From Tubiluchus corallicola (Eukaryota; Animalia; Priapulida), in assembly GCA_030141605.1 (NCBI GenBank), contig JAQGDQ010000398.1, positions 124,001-188,000 on the forward strand: a stretch of DNA of 64,000 nt. Reading direction: 5' to 3'. Position 1 is the first letter of the stretch. Each line of letters starts with the position of its first letter. Below are positions 1 to 14,700 of this stretch, piece by piece. The translations under genes were made by a program, and so were the position numbers. Below the pieces are notes generated by a model that saw only the letters and a program-made list of their open reading frames with translations, made no database searches and was not told the DNA's origin.

Positions 1-431
1 CAACTATCGCGATAAGTTTCTAAAGACTGTTGGATACACATTATTTCTGAAATTCCAGTTCATTACATTTGTCGTGGTCTGTTCAAGAAATACATAGTCT
101 TGCTCCGGGGTGATAAAAATATCCGTGGATTGTTATCAAAACCTGACCTACTGGCATACTGACGGTTTATTGCTATGCAATAAAAATAATTGTTAAGATA
201 AACGTGAAAAGTGTTTTTGATATTATTCAGAATATAATACTTATTATATAAAAATCGGTATAAAGTAAAAGATTGTTTTACTTTATTCTGTATTCTGTAC
301 AACAAAAAAATTAACTGTGAATGAACCAACAAATCCAAAAACAGGTTCCATACAAATTGTTAACGACTGTGACAACAACAGCGTATTCACGGCGATGATA
401 CCAATGACGGTGACTTCATTAGCAATGGAGC

Positions 432-475
432 TTATGATAATGATCATGATGATTAGATTAATAATAATGATGATA

Positions 476-506
<31 letters not shown>

Positions 507-575
507 CGATGACGGCGATGATGCGATGATCATGATCAATGATGATTATAATAATGATGATGATTATGATGATGA
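432..575. repeat. (ATG/ATA)n trinucleotide microsatellite, imperfect
   Basis: gatgatgat run; it explains the poly-M and poly-I ORFs. Confidence 0.9.
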
Positions 576-2669
576 CGTTACACCAAAAATAAGAACGATA
601 ATACCCGACGGGGAAGGGACACGTACATAGCTGAGTAGTCACAGTGTGTGCTTCGGTGTAGCACTGTCGGACCTAGCTAATAATAAGATAGGTTCTGGAC
701 CGCTTTGTCGGCCATCACCACCTCTATGGATGAGGGAAGGTATCACAATCCAACTAAGGCACCTGTGTTGATTCAAGGACTATCTTTGGTAAAGAACTCT
801 GCAATTCATTGTAACCAATAAGTAAACCTAGCTGTTGAGTCCAGATTATGTCGATCATGTTATTAATAACAGTACGTAGTTGGAAAGCCGCTCACTTGAA
901 AATGATTAAGGAGTTAACCCTAAGGAAAAAACTTAAACAGCGACTAGGGGATTTTGACCCCTCCAAACTAACGAGCTCGAAGAGGGTACCCGAAGAGGGT
1001 ACCAAAAATTTTGAAAAGCATGAGAGGAATTACTAAAAAATACACTGAAATTAATGAAATGGAGAGACTGATGATTACTAATAAAATCGTTGTTTATGGC
1101 TGTTTTCACTTAAGAGATCCTTCGATTTTGCAGAGATGATTAAGAATGGAATTTCAAAATCATAAACATTTTAGACATAGACAGACATTTCTTATTTATC
1201 TCCTAATTAACACTAGAATTACAAGATAAACAACAAGTACTATAGTTAATTAACAATTGCGATAAAATATATATAAACGAAAGTGTCAGGGGGTGCAGGA
1301 GAAGGGCAGCGAAGGACCAATTGCTTGTCAAATGCCCAGCAGCCTAAGATAAATGTTTTGAAAAGTATGTAAGTTTGTAAAAAATATATACTTTGCCTAA
1401 AAAATTGTCGTGTTGCACAAAACGCCTATGAAAAAAGAAGAGAATATTTTAGATACTTTATGCGAATGATTTAGTTTGATGTGACTCAGTGTTTTGTGCG
1501 TAACCGTCATTAACTCATGTTTATTGGTTGAAAGTTCGAGTACAAATAAAGTTTTACGTTACTTTTGGCCGTAAATTGCCGAGGCATTCTATGGAATACA
1601 CTTTAACTGTAATGAATAGATCCGTAAATGGCTGAAACACTTGGCGACCGAATGTCACATCTGGGAAGGATAGGTTTTATAATAAAAGAAGTTCCGAGAA
1701 TGCCAAAAACATTAATGTTGAATAAACAAAGTTATTAAACATTGTTGTTTAATGCTTGCCGTGTGCAGAATTTATACAAAAAATTAAATATTTTCATCTC
1801 AATTAAGAGCATTTATAATATACACATTATTTGATAAAAGATGAGACTAGCAGGCTATGTTAGCTGTTAGGCCAGCCTATATTGTGAAATGGCAAATAAA
1901 AAATCTATAAGTCTACGTTGGATAAAATTCACGTTACTTATATTAAAAGCACGATAAAATAAAAGATCCATAAAATACATTCAAGTGTAAATTTATCAAA
2001 ATTGGGATAGATCATTGAACTAGGGCAATAATGCTTTATAAAAATCTATTAAGCTTGCAATATTTTAGCAAGTAACTTTCGGCTCAAAACTGATAGACTG
2101 TATGAATTGACAATGTCATAACTGTGGTCATTCCATGTACAACAAATTGTTACTGTTGAGTCTTTGTTATGTCTATGTTACAGTTATTCTCATTTTAAAA
2201 CGCAAGAAGAACAATACTTCTCTAATTTCTACTTATGATTTATAAGCAGTGAGTGTAATGAATAATATTATATTTAACTACTCTGAAATTGTTGTTAAGC
2301 AGCAGCGTAAAAAGTTTGCCATCTAAAATTCCTAAACAAAATAACTTATTTTAAAACATATTACGTAGAAACAAGAAGTAGGTCAAAGTAATTTACAATT
2401 TAGTAATTTACACACGAAAATAAATATCTAATTGCGCAATACGGATTGTAGCAAAGTTTTTTGCAAATGAGCTTCCACGTGAAAAGAGCAATTTTATTGA
2501 CTATAATTACACACAAGTAAATTGCAAAACATCAATTATGATTAGAGCATAATATACTAACTACACATTATAAGTGCGTAGTAATAACGCACACATACTG
2601 AATTAAGTTACGACTCCATGTGCACTTATTGCGTACTGAAATGCGTATTACGTGCACCTCTGATGCGTA

Positions 2670-3021
2670 TTGACTGTTTCCACGTGTCCGTAAGCGCTAT
2701 GCGTATTAACTATTCCAACGGCACTCTTTACGCCATTTTTGGTCGCTATTTATGAAAATTGCAAGTAATAATTTTTGGAAACCATCTCTCTGTCGAAATT
2801 TAAGCGTGATAGTTACAGCTGCGGCATCAGCTTATTACTGTGCTATATGACGGAGGTTTAGGGTCAACAACATTTTGCAGGGAAAAGAAAAATACGGCAC
2901 GTATCATCATTTAGTGAAAAAACTGCAGTTAGATGCACAACACATAACTATATGCTTCTTCCACCTCTCAAAAACTCAAATAGAAAAAAAGTTATTGTTT
3001 GTAAGTCCTAAAGTAAACTAG
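2670..3021 (+). mobile_element. PIF/Harbinger transposon relic (transposase N-terminal fragment)
   Basis: 2851-3021 translates RRFRVNNILQGKEKYGTYHHLVKKLQLDAQ...FHLSKTQIEKKLLFVSPK, resembling the Harbinger pattern WVHP..R..YG.YH.LV.EL..D...FRMS..QF..LL..V.P. Boundaries are approximate. Confidence 0.6.
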
Positions 3022-3989
3022 AATTTAGCTCAAAAAGCTCAACAGCGGCTGCTCAGGATGACAGCTCTGATGTTTCGTTTTGTTATTTTTTGTTCACTGA
3101 CAATAAAAAAGAGGAGCAATGTCGCAAATGCATCTCCGTTTGTTCAAAGTGATTTTATAATCAACTTCAACTCATAAGAAAAGCCAATGTATGATATGCT
3201 TTTAAACATTTTTAACTTGATATTAACAAAACATGCTGATGCTTCGATTAAGTTGTATTCTGGAAAAATAATTTGCTCCTCTGAAAAAATCAATTTTTTT
3301 CTATGAACAGTATTACACTTGAAAGTCGGGCCTAATATTCCTTGAAGTCATATTTCCTGAAAAAACATATTAAATAGGAATGTTTTTTAGAAAAAAAATA
3401 TTTCTCCAGAAAAAGAATTCCACATGAGATAGGTATTTGAAAACTTTCTTTATATTAACTTTCTTATTAATTATTACAAACTTATTAACTTTCTTAACTT
3501 CTTTTGTAAATAAGCCTAATGATTTTCATGAGATATGAATATAATAGTTTTTATTTTAACTACTAATTATTCTTAGTGCCTTATGCACTTATGCTTGCTT
3601 TAAATGATATTCAAAAATATAACAGCTGCTATAAATCGCCAAAGACAGGTGTTGCAGTTTGTGCTTTGTGTACAAATATTTAACTTGTAACAAAAGTTAC
3701 AAAGCTGTGTTATAATTAGCATTTTGTTATAATTACCTGCTGCATACTCGAGAAATTTAAAAAGATTTTATTTATGTTTTTGCAACTCACTGCTGAGCAA
3801 GTTATGAGCGCCTGTCGAATAGAATGGCTTTGGTTGTCTCATCAATTCATCTGCTACAATACACACAGGTGTGCGAACATCTTGCGCTAGCGCGTACCTG
3901 ACAACAACAGTCCGTACTGCTGTGCCGCTAGGGCGACACTAACTGCGTGAACTGCTGCGCAGTAGAATTTTTTCTGTGGTCCATATTCT

Positions 3990-4335
3990 TTGATATAACT
4001 AGGTGGTCACTTTTGCCAATTGGAATGTTAACAATCAGTAAGTCTGATAAATTAGGATTCTGGTCTCCCCTAAAACTAGTTGAAAAAGTTACAAGTTGTT
4101 CCATATATCCATCGCGTAGAGCGTCCAAAAATTTGTTCTCTAAACTAATTTCTGCCATAGAAGCACTCGATGTACTCCAGATTACCTTACTAAAATTAAA
4201 ATATCCACACACAACATTCAGTTTTTCCTTTCTTTTGTCTACCTGTACCAGCAATCTCAACAGGTTTTCATTTTCCTCATGACCAGTTGATGGACTTCGG
4301 TGTACGCCTCCAAGCAAAACTTCTTTACCATATAG
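3990..4335 (-). mobile_element. LINE AP-endonuclease fragment (CR1-like), decayed
   Basis: VLLGGVHRSPS...VVCGYFNFSKVIW...MEQLVTFSTSFRG...IGKSDHLVI match the APE motifs YRSP, GDFN and SDH. Confidence 0.75.
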
Positions 4336-6911
4336 CAGAAAAGTCTTAGCCCACAGCGAGGAGGTGAAAATTGAGAGTTCATACAAAGTATTCAACAGAT
4401 ATAATGAGGTTAAGGTAATTCTATCATTTATATTTCTTCTTGTCTTTTCAATCCACCTTGTAATTATTCTGTATTTCATTTTGTGAACAATTCTTGTAGA
4501 GTACTTGATTTTTTTTCTCTCATGTAAGTGGCTTTGGTTAATTGCTATGGCTGTAGAATACTCTTTTGTGCCTCTCATGTTACAATTAATCATGCTTTAA
4601 AAATTGCTATTATTAGTTTTTCATTTTTTTTCAATGCGTGGCAAACAAGTGACCTTACTTGAGCAATGTATCCTTTAATTTGGTACTTGCATTTCATGTA
4701 AAAAATAAAAAAATTGCCTTTTCTATTTTTTTCTAGTAATGTTTCTGGAATGCCTTTTCTCACTAATAGTCTGTGAGTTTACTATTATAATCAACATTGT
4801 TTAATTGAAATCTCTGTTAGTTGCATATTGTTTTGACTCCTAGGGAAACTGAATACTCCATTCTCATGTGTTTTTGCATTTACTTCACATGATTTATATT
4901 TGAAAATTGGTATCTTGAACAGCCTCACACGTCAACTCCAACTCATTCAAGCAGTTTTTATCTATATTTTTTATTTTATTTTTATTTTTCCTATTTCTAC
5001 CATTCACCGTATCACTTTGTTTTTAAAAAACATTAAAAGATTATTATGCCTGAATTTCCATGTTCATCATCCACTAAACCAGTTAAAAATAACCAACTTG
5101 GACTGTTTTGCAATTGCTGTGAGTATTGGATGCATCTTAAATGTACAAATTTAACCTTGACTGACTACAACAATTTAACTGACAAGAATGATAATTGTTT
5201 TGTCATTTTTGTCTGCAAACCATTCTGCCCTTTAACAATGTCACTGATGACGATGAATTCAAATTAATCACTAGGTATTCTAATATTGGATCTATAATAG
5301 ACAATAAATTACTTATTTTAAATTTATTTAAAAGTAATGACACATTCGACTCTTTACCCACTACTGATATGAATCCAGATCAACACTATTTTAATGGACT
5401 AAATAACGTTAAAGCCAGCAAATATCACGATGACCAACAATTCAACTCTCAAAATTAACAATTTAAAATTTAAATCTCCTTTGTCCGTTTTACATTTAAA
5501 TGTGCGTAGTTTACAAAAAAATTATGACCACTTATGTGCCTATCTTCTGTTACTCAATATTAAATATTCAAATATTGCATTAACGGAAACATGGTCAGCT
5601 GAGGAACATAGCATATTATGTAACTTACCAGGGTACAGATTAGCATACACTAATCATACACATAAAGCTGGTGGTGGTGTTGCCATATTTATTTGCCAGA
5701 AAGAAATTAGCTTTCACTCTTTTGAAGCAGTATCATTCTTCTGATAAACATACAGAATCATTATTTATAGAGATTAATTGTGAACAAACTAAAAATATTA
5801 TAATAGGCGTAATTTATCGACCACCAGGTGAAAATCGTGAAACGTTTATTCACAAACTTACAACAATAATCAATTCATTAAATTGCCAATTTAAACACTT
5901 AATTATTACAGGTGATTTCAATATAAATTTTTTAAATCATGCTACCCACAATGATACAAATTACTTTATACACACAATGATTTCAAGCTTTATTTTTCCT
6001 GTTATTACTCGACTAACAAGAGTAACTAGTCTTACAGCCACTCTCATAGATAACATATGGATAAATAACTTGGAACATAATCACATAGCTGGTAACTTGT
6101 TGACCGATATATCTAACCATTTACCAAATTTTATGATTGCTGATGTTAATCTAGACTTATCTGATACACGCTTTATCAAAAAGTTTTATATAATGAACAT
6201 GTCAAAGAAAAAGATTTCAGATTTAGCAGACATATCTTGGAATGAAATTCTATTAAACAATAATGATCCAGATTCAGCATATGAAAAATTTCATGAAATG
6301 GTAAGCAATATTTACCATACTCATGTCAAATCTTCAGCCGACCAATCACTACCTAAAATAAAGAAGCCTTGGGTAACTAAAGCTATGTTAAAAAGCATTC
6401 AACATAAAAACAAACTTTATCAATCTGTGCTTAAAAACAAAATCAATAATGAACAATATATGCAGTACAGAAATCAACTTACTAATTTGTTAAAATTTTC
6501 CAAGCAAAATTATTATCAACAGAAATTATTAACTTATCAAAATAATATAAAAAACCTGGAATGTATTGAAGGAATTGATAAATCTTGTGAATCCGTGCCC
6601 GCTTCTATAAAAGTAAATGATTATTTAACTAACGATAAAAATATAATTGCTAATGCTTTTAATGACTACTTTGTAAACGTTAGCCCTTCATTATCAAACA
6701 ACATTGAACCTACAAATACTGACCCAAATTCTTATCTTAAAAGAAATTACCCACAATCCTTCTTCTTTCAACCTGAAACTAAAGATGAAATCATTAGAAT
6801 CAGCAAGTCATTCCGTCCAAATAAAAGTACCGGTATTGATCAGCTCTCTCCCTTAATAATGCTTGATATCATAGAATATATTGTCCTACCTTAACCCATA
6901 TTATTAATTTA

Positions 6912-7727
6912 CTAGCAAAGCCCCGCAAAAGATTTTGCGTAAAAAACCACGTATAATCAATAACACGCGAACATCCTACACAGTCCTCATTTATAACACA
7001 AAGCCCGTAACATCCTGGCTACTGTATGTCTGTTTATCTAACGCAAACCCGTAGCAGGCAGCTTTTTGCTGAATTAAAGTTATAAGATTACAGCAGAGTA
7101 CAATGGATGACGTCAGCACAATGGAATGCGTTAGGACAGTTTTCTAAGCGAAAATCGCCGAAAATAAAACACCTAATTAACTCGTCGATACTCCTCTCGG
7201 TGGACCTGCCCTAAAATATAACCCACATCATCGTGTAGCCCTGTCCTTCCTCTTTGTAAAGAGCCCCATATCTCCTTCCTAGAGTCCCACCGGGCGACGC
7301 TAAAACGTTTTTCCCGCATGCCGTTTGGTCAAAATTTCGAAAAAATCGCGAGTTGGGTCCGGGAAAACGCCCGTTGCGGGGCGCCCTGGCCCTCTCGGAA
7401 ATTCTAAATATGCCTACTACACCCACCACTGAACGGGCTATCTATCCATACCCAGTACCCCCCTCGGCCCGTTCCCGTTCTCGACATCTCAGCCGTATAA
7501 CTTTTGCAATTTTTTGCAAAAAACGGCCGAAAAAGGGCCATTTTTGGAGGTTTTTCGCCCCCCGTTCCTCCCGGTGAGCCCAATTCGAAAAATAAACCAT
7601 CAATGGCACGACACTAGATCGAGACCTTTCGTTTGATATATAGATCGCCGCAAATGGTGCCCTCGTCCGGGCTGTAGCCTCGAATCTTATATATATATTA
7701 AGATACCAAGAATATTAATATAATAGA
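6912..7727 (-). mobile_element. Non-autonomous Helitron, copy 1
   Basis: Minus strand reads 5'-TCTATTATATT...CTAG-3', with hairpin CGCAAAA-GA-TTTTGCG about 12 nt from the CTAG end. Inserted at A|T with no TSD. Confidence 0.88.
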
Positions 7728-8539
7728 CTAGCAAAGCCCCGCAAAAGATTTTGCGTATAAATACACGTGTAATCAATAATACGCAAACGTCCTACCAAGT
7801 CCTCATTTATAACGCAAAGCCCGTAACATCCTGCCTACTTACCTAACGCAAAACCTGTACTCGTGCCTACTGTATGTTTAACTAACGCAAAGCAGCTTTT
7901 TGCTGAATTAAAGCTATAAGCAATAATGGATGACGTCACAACAATGCCTTTGCGTCAACAGTTTTCTAAGCGAAAATTGCCGAAAATAGAACTCCTAATT
8001 AACTCGTCGGTACTCTTCTCGGTGGACCTGCCCTAAAATATAACCCACATCATCGTGTAGCCCTGTCCTTCCTCTTTCTGATGAGCCATATATCTCCTTC
8101 CGAGAGTCCCACCGGGCGCCCCTAGAACGTTTTTCCCGCAGGCTGTTTGGTCAAAATTACGAAAAAATCGCGAGTTGGGTCCGGGAAAACGCCCGTTGCG
8201 GGGCACCGTGGCCCTCTCGCGAATTCTAAATAGGCCTATGACACCCATCGCTGAACGGGCTATCTATCCATACCCAGCACCCCCCTCGGCCCATTCCCGT
8301 TCTCTACATCTCAGCCGTATAACTTTTGCAAAAAACGGCCAAAAAAAGGCCATTTTTGGAGGTTTTTCGCCCCCCGTTCCTCGTGGTGGGCCCCATTCGA
8401 AAAATAAACCCCCAATGGCACGACACTAGATCGAGACCTTTCGTTTGATATATAGATCGCCGCAAATGGTGCCGTCGTCAGGGCTGTAGCCTCGAATCTT
8501 ATATATAAATAAATATACCAAGAATATTAATATAATAGA
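7728..8539 (-). mobile_element. Non-autonomous Helitron, copy 2 (head-to-tail with copy 1)
   Basis: Same termini and hairpin as copy 1. Removing 6912-8539 restores the LINE frame LTHIINL|SLTSGIVPNKLK. Confidence 0.88.
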
Positions 8540-10380
8540 TCACTTACCTCTGGAATTGTCCCTAATAAGCTAAAGCAATCTATAATGGTTCCTATTCATA
8601 AAGCTGACGATCTGCACTGTATAAATAATTACAGGCCCATTTCATTACTGCCATGTTTTTTTGAAAATTATTGAGAAATGTGTGTCTTTGCAACTTACAG
8701 ATTACTTACATAAACAAAGCATATCAAATGACGATCAGTATGAATTTCGTAAAAGCAGTACTACAGAAATGGCTTTAAATAATATGCTGACCAACATAAT
8801 TAAAGATATTGTTATCTGTGAGTATATTCTGTGATTTGTCAGAAGCTTTTGACACTGTTGATCATAAAATTTTAATTAACAAATTATGCCACTATGGAAT
8901 AAGAGGTGTTGCAAATAATTGGTTTGTAAGTTACCTATCTGGCAGGATACAAGCAATACAGTTTATTAACTGTATATCTAATTCAAAACTTGGCTCACTC
9001 TTGTTTCTTGTGTACATCAATGATATAAAACATTGTACTAATAATGGAAAAATCCTGAAATTTGCTAATGATACTAGTTTAAAATTTAAATATTATAATA
9101 CTATTAATGAAACAGTAATAAACAGTGAATTGCAGCAAATATCAAACTGGTTTAGTAGTAATAAATTATCATTTAATGCTTTTAAAACTAAATTTGTAAA
9201 TTTTAGATCACGAAACAAGAGAATGCCATATTTGACATTAAAAATTGAGAATAGTAATATTCAACAAGTAAAACAAATTAAATTCTTACGTATTGTCATA
9301 CATGAACACTTAGACTGGCAAACACATATCTCTTACATCAGACTCAAAACTGCTACAAATATAAGCATCATTACTCATATCACATGCAGTCTTTCAAAAG
9401 AACACTTACTAATCTTGTATAATAGTTTGATTTTACCTTATCTCAATTACTGCAGCATAATATGGGGTCTCACATATCCATCTAAACTGAAATGCTTAAT
9501 AACATTACAACGAAAATTTTTAAGGTTAATATATGGCCTACAGAAACGTAGTGAAGTTACCGCGAATGTAACATTATGCAATTAGATGATTTAATTAAAC
9601 TGAATATTGCAGTATTTATGTATAAATGCAATAATAGACTATTTCCTAAGTTTTTTGCAATTCCTGTCAAGTTGGCATCTAAGAGACATAATACCAGATA
9701 TAATCAATACATTGTGCCTTTCTGTAGAATCAACATAGCTAAACATTTTATAATATTTCAAGGACCAAAAGTCTGGAATGAGATTCGTCAATCCGCAAAA
9801 AATAGCAGATCTATAGCTAGATTTAAAAATGCTAAAAAATCAAATTTTAATTAAGCACCAGTGAGTAATCAAAACTTGTATCAGTATCCATCCTCACAGT
9901 GGTGGCAAAACAATACTAGTATCTTAATAAAGTTATCTTAATTTGCATACACGCATGCCTAATATTTTAACAAATAATAATCTTTTTATCTTTTATATCA
10001 TTTCATATATGAGCTTCATTCATTACATCATTTCATTCTGAAGCACTAAATGTTTTCTTTATCATACGATTCACTTCAAATTTTCAGATTATTTTCATTA
10101 CTTTTTTTCTTTCACAGTGTGGGACATTCTAACAAGCCCTCCTTTTTGATTGCCCACAACACATTTACATTTATGTATAGGTAAACACTGTGTGAGGCTT
10201 TTCTTGTGCAGAAACAATAAAAACTTATTTGTATTATGTTCATTGTAGGCCCTGTCGCCATATATTATACACGAAACTATTGTTAATGTGTAATGTGAAA
10301 TTAATGACTTATGACTTCTACGTTTAAAGTTCATATGCCCGCACAAGATTAAAAGATGTTGAAAGCGATTGTTGCGCCGA

Positions 10381-10700
10381 AAATATTTGGTTAAAAATTC
10401 GTACCCAAACCAAAACTATTCTCTTTGCAGTCTATTATCGTCCACCCATTTGTTCAGATAATAGTGTGACTGATTTTATATCAGCTTTTGAAAACAGTAT
10501 TACCAAAGCAAGCCGCATTGCGCATGATAATAATTATTATAACAGGGGACTTTAATGCCAAAAACAGAAGGTGGTACCCCGATACAAAAAAATAAGTGGT
10601 GTAGCATGTGGTATAGCTTGTAATGCACAAGACTGAAAAATATTTTGCTCAGCTAGTTAACAGTCCTGCACATTTTAGTTCGCAACAGCCGTCATGTACA
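10381..10700 (+). mobile_element. LINE AP-endonuclease fragment
   Basis: IWLKIR...LFAVYYRPP and IIITGDFNAKNRRW. Confidence 0.7.
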
Positions 10701-11387
10701 ATACTAATTACAAATTCTCCTCATTATTTTACGTTATGGGGGCCAGGCCTACCATTGGGAGGTGAATGTCATTGTATTATATTTGGGCAAGTTAATGTCG
10801 AGCCTTGTCTTCTTAAGAAATTCAATCTAGTTTGATTGTTAACAGTCACGTTTGTAATTACCTATAAATGTTAGTTAGGATTAACTCACTAAGCTAGGTG
10901 TTTCAACGAGACATTTTGTAGCCCTGGGTAGCTAACAGATAAGCATATACTAGATGGCACAACTTAATACCTTGTAGCACTCCATAGCCGCAAGTAGCAC
11001 TGGTAGCCGCATCTGTTGTGGCGTACATGCATTCCGACTTTTCGTGATTGCCTACACGAAAAACTATCCGAATGGTGCCGTCATTTGAGCTGTAGCCTGA
11101 AATCTTATAAAAGCTGTATGCCACCGAAATTAATTATTATAGTAGATTATTTTAAACTGCGTTAGTCGCGTGAAGCTAGTTCGCATTCACTTTGCAATCG
11201 CTCATCAATATTACGAACTTCGTGAGCCTCACCGCTCAGACTCTTGTCCTGACTCCTGGTGGTAGTGTGTTATATACGCGTGATTTGTGAGCGATTACCA
11301 TTAATATTAAAATTTATTATAATAACTGTGCAATGTTATTCTAGCACCTTGTTTCTTAAGATTTGTTTCTGACCTTATTGTTCTGCA

Positions 11388-11715
11388 ATGCGTGTCTCTA
11401 TTTTCTTATTTGCTGTTGTGCTAAGCGCTTCTGGTTTGCCGATTATTAGTAGTGAAATTTTAGATCTGCTGAATCTTGAGACATGGTTGCGTCTATTAGT
11501 TTCAAATGATTACAAGCCCGTTAAAACGAAATATCTACCGTATCCGCATGTGGCATCCAATTTGAACATTGGCGATTTTAATAGCAAAGTTTTTTTTGAT
11601 GCATGGATAGATGATCTTGCTGATTTTGTTGGGCAAAACTCATCAGATACATGTACTGCTGACTTAGGAACTTTTCTAAATGCTACCATATTTTTCCAGC
11701 CGTGGGCCTGGAAAA
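11388..11715 (+). CDS. NRF-6-like gene exon 1 (signal peptide, start of NRF domain)
   Basis: MRVSIFLFAVVLSASG hydrophobic leader through CTADL...QPWAWK; donor A|GTAAG, phase 1. Confidence 0.9.
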
Positions 11716-14700
11716 GTAAGTTTTGTGGCTTAGTTCACTGATCAAATTCAATTCAATTTATTTATTAACTCCGCTAGAAAGATAAAAATACAGTATCAAG
11801 AATACATGCAATATTTCGAAGGAAAGGAGAAGGGTAGCGAAGAACCCGTAAGTTATCCAGTCAGCCACCCTTAAATAGCTATGATTAAATAAAATTAATT
11901 ATGGCATCGTTCTCAATTTAAATTTGTATTCGGTTGATGTGTGTATTTGGCAATTAAATGATAGGTATCGTAATACTGTAGAACATATAGTTTAAATAAC
12001 GAAAGATTTACAATTCTAAAATACTGTGAATCATGCGAAGCAAACACGATAAAAATAACTTGAGATTTTTAACATAACAGAAAATGCATAATTTGAGCAT
12101 TAACTAATGTGATCGTTAGGGTAGTCGTGTTTACTAGCTAACCCGTTAAAAGTTCATGGAGTGTCACAAAACGATTTTGTTTAATTATGTAATCTAACAT
12201 ACCGTATGTGGGCGTGTGTGATTGTTTTCTGACAATGACCTTCAGTCCAGGCAATAAGGATTGATATATTTGTGAAATGTGTGTAACGTGTATTTTGGGT
12301 TTGGTCTTTACATTTACACAACCAGTTTTTACAATGGGCAACTGAAACATAAGTTAGTTTAACTTAGTTAGTAGTTCATAGTTCAAGAATGATAATCTAA
12401 ACGGTAAAAAAAATATCAAATTAAGTAAGAGTACCATATATATCTTAGCTATAACTTTAAAAGTTGATCCTTAAATAATAAATGCTTTCTTAACAATAAA
12501 CAAATATCTTATTGTTGCAGTGAGCTACAATCACTGCGTATGAAAGTTCACTCTTGTTTTATGCAGAATCGAAACGTTCAGCCTAATACTTTGGATTTGA
12601 AACTTTGTGCTGACAGGAGTTCAACTAGATAATTGTCGTGGAAATTATACTAAAATGGTTTCCGCCATTGGATGGCAGGGTATAGGAGCAGACGATCAGT
12701 TTTATAGCTTTGTTCTGCGTTTTCTTAATTAAAAATAAAAAATCATACCAGAGTTCATTGTAACAGTTGTTTATTTAGAAAGTTACGCTACAATAATCAC
12801 AGTTCTTCTTAGAGTAGTACAAAAGCTTAGTGCCCTGCGTCTTCTCCAAAAAATGGCCATGGAAGAGTCATTCTAGGTTGTCAGGCACTAGTGATTTTTG
12901 TGTAAACAAATTACAGCAAATGATTCTTTATAGAAGACAAAAAGCAGAATCAGCCTTTTCACAGTTCCAGGGATTGATGATGATCATTCAAAGATCAAAG
13001 ATTAAGTGTACCAGACAATGTATTTGTGTACTCTTGACAACACCTCACAGGCTAGAACCTTACCTAGTTCATTTTTTTTGTTCCCAAGCAAGATCATGCT
13101 AGTAAATCACTGTGTGCACAGACTAATGCATAATTAAGTAAAGTCCTCATAAAACAACTGAACTGATGCAGCAAAAGGCTTTGTTGTACGCACGTCACGT
13201 GATGGTTGTAGTTAAGATGTGTTGCTGTGGTACACTTAAGCTAAGACCTGCAGCAACTGCGCGTGTACAACGAAACTGTGAAAAGGTTTATTCTTAACCT
13301 TAAAAAATCACCCTTTGCAATTTGTATGTTTAGACGGTCAGATATAGTCCCAGTTAATAAAGCAAATAATTTTAACTTTTTTTTCAGTGATAGATGCATT
13401 TGGAAAGCTTCCCGCAGGCGTTGCAGATGGAGCATTTATATGGCTGGGTTCATTTGACGAATGTCGAGCTGTTAAAGCTGTGCCACCAAACGAAACATCG
13501 GATTCACAGTTTGATGCGAGGTACTGCTTGGTTACCGTGGGAGTTCCTAATAATAATGTAAGTAGACTAGTAGGTTGTCTTACCAAAATACAAGTCTACA
13601 ATATAACACATGTTTTAACAACCAGAAACCTGCATTAAATCTGAACATATAGCTAGGACTACGTAAGGCCAAAAGTTCAGAAATACACTTAGAAGTGCCA
13701 TTTCATTACAGATATTTTTGAGTGCCCTTTGGTTTTTGAGTTTTAAGAACCATAATTATATATATAAAATTATAATGAAAATAACATATTTATTTTCCCT
13801 ATCACTAATCAGTTTCTCAAGGAATTATATATTATGTATAAAATTTCCTTTGTTTAATCTTTCTTCCAAGTCTTATCGCATTTTATCCCCTGAAATAAAA
13901 AATTATGAAATTCTTGAAGAACTGATTCATGACACCAGACTCATTGAAGAAATATAGTCAGGTAATATCTGTAAAAGACAACAGTGTTGCTAATGGCCCT
14001 AATCTCAGGATTAACGCAACTGTGTTTTATTCATAATTTACCTAAACAAAAACCAGTTTGGTAGGCTGCAAGAATGCATAACTTATAGTAAAAAAATACT
14101 AGTATCAGTTATTGCTATTGATGTTCTTAGAACTGCTTCCTCAAAGACTTGTTTGAGAAAGCGGTAAATGTTTTTTATGTTCCACACAACCATGTCTAGT
14201 TTCATGGTGTCTAAATTTATTTTACACAGAGTGCACAGCAGGTTCTGTTTTCTCAAGCTGTTGGTTTGAGTGAAGGCATTTGCATTCCAAACAGCTGCAA
14301 TCAAGCTTTCGTTAGTGACTTTTTCAAAACAGGTGAACATAATTAATGATAAATGTCTAGAACAATCTGGTGACATGATTATTTCCCTCTGTGATAATGC
14401 GTTTATCCATATAGAATATTAAGCTGTTTTAGTACATATTTTAATAAAAACCAAATTTAGCATTATGTTACATGCGTAAACAACTTTTCCTGGCTTTTGG
14501 TTGTATCCCTTGCAGTTGACTTTGTCAGTTTCATAAGAATATTATATTGATTCTAGAATATTGATTGAGAATGTATTTAGCCGCTACACATATTACTTTA
14601 ATGTTAATTTGGTTGTGGCAAATGTTGAATTTGAAAGCTTTAGGTACAGTGGTACGAATGAAGTATATTTGTTTATATCACAATAATATATACATTTTTG

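Larger units (their letters stand above)
5046..10225 (+). mobile_element. LINE (CR1/L2 group; PHD finger, APE endonuclease, RT), frameshifted and interrupted by Helitrons
   Basis: PHD-like FCNCCEYWMHLKC; HLNVRSL, ALTETW, GGGVAIF, GVIYRPP, TGDFN; KSTGIDQL; NNYRPISLLP; DLSEAFDTVDH; FANDT; KVWN. AATAAA near 10215. Confidence 0.92.

Noticed and set aside
283-642. Poly-I and poly-M ORFs (also 45741-46188 and 62995-63452)
   Set aside because: Translations of microsatellites.
7211-8429. Paired 71-84 aa ORFs on both strands
   Set aside because: They lie inside the GC-rich part of the two Helitron copies, differ by indels and show no protein motif.
11271-11276. TATATA about 115 nt upstream of the ATG as a TATA box
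   Set aside because: Not distinguishable from background in AT-rich DNA without TSS data.
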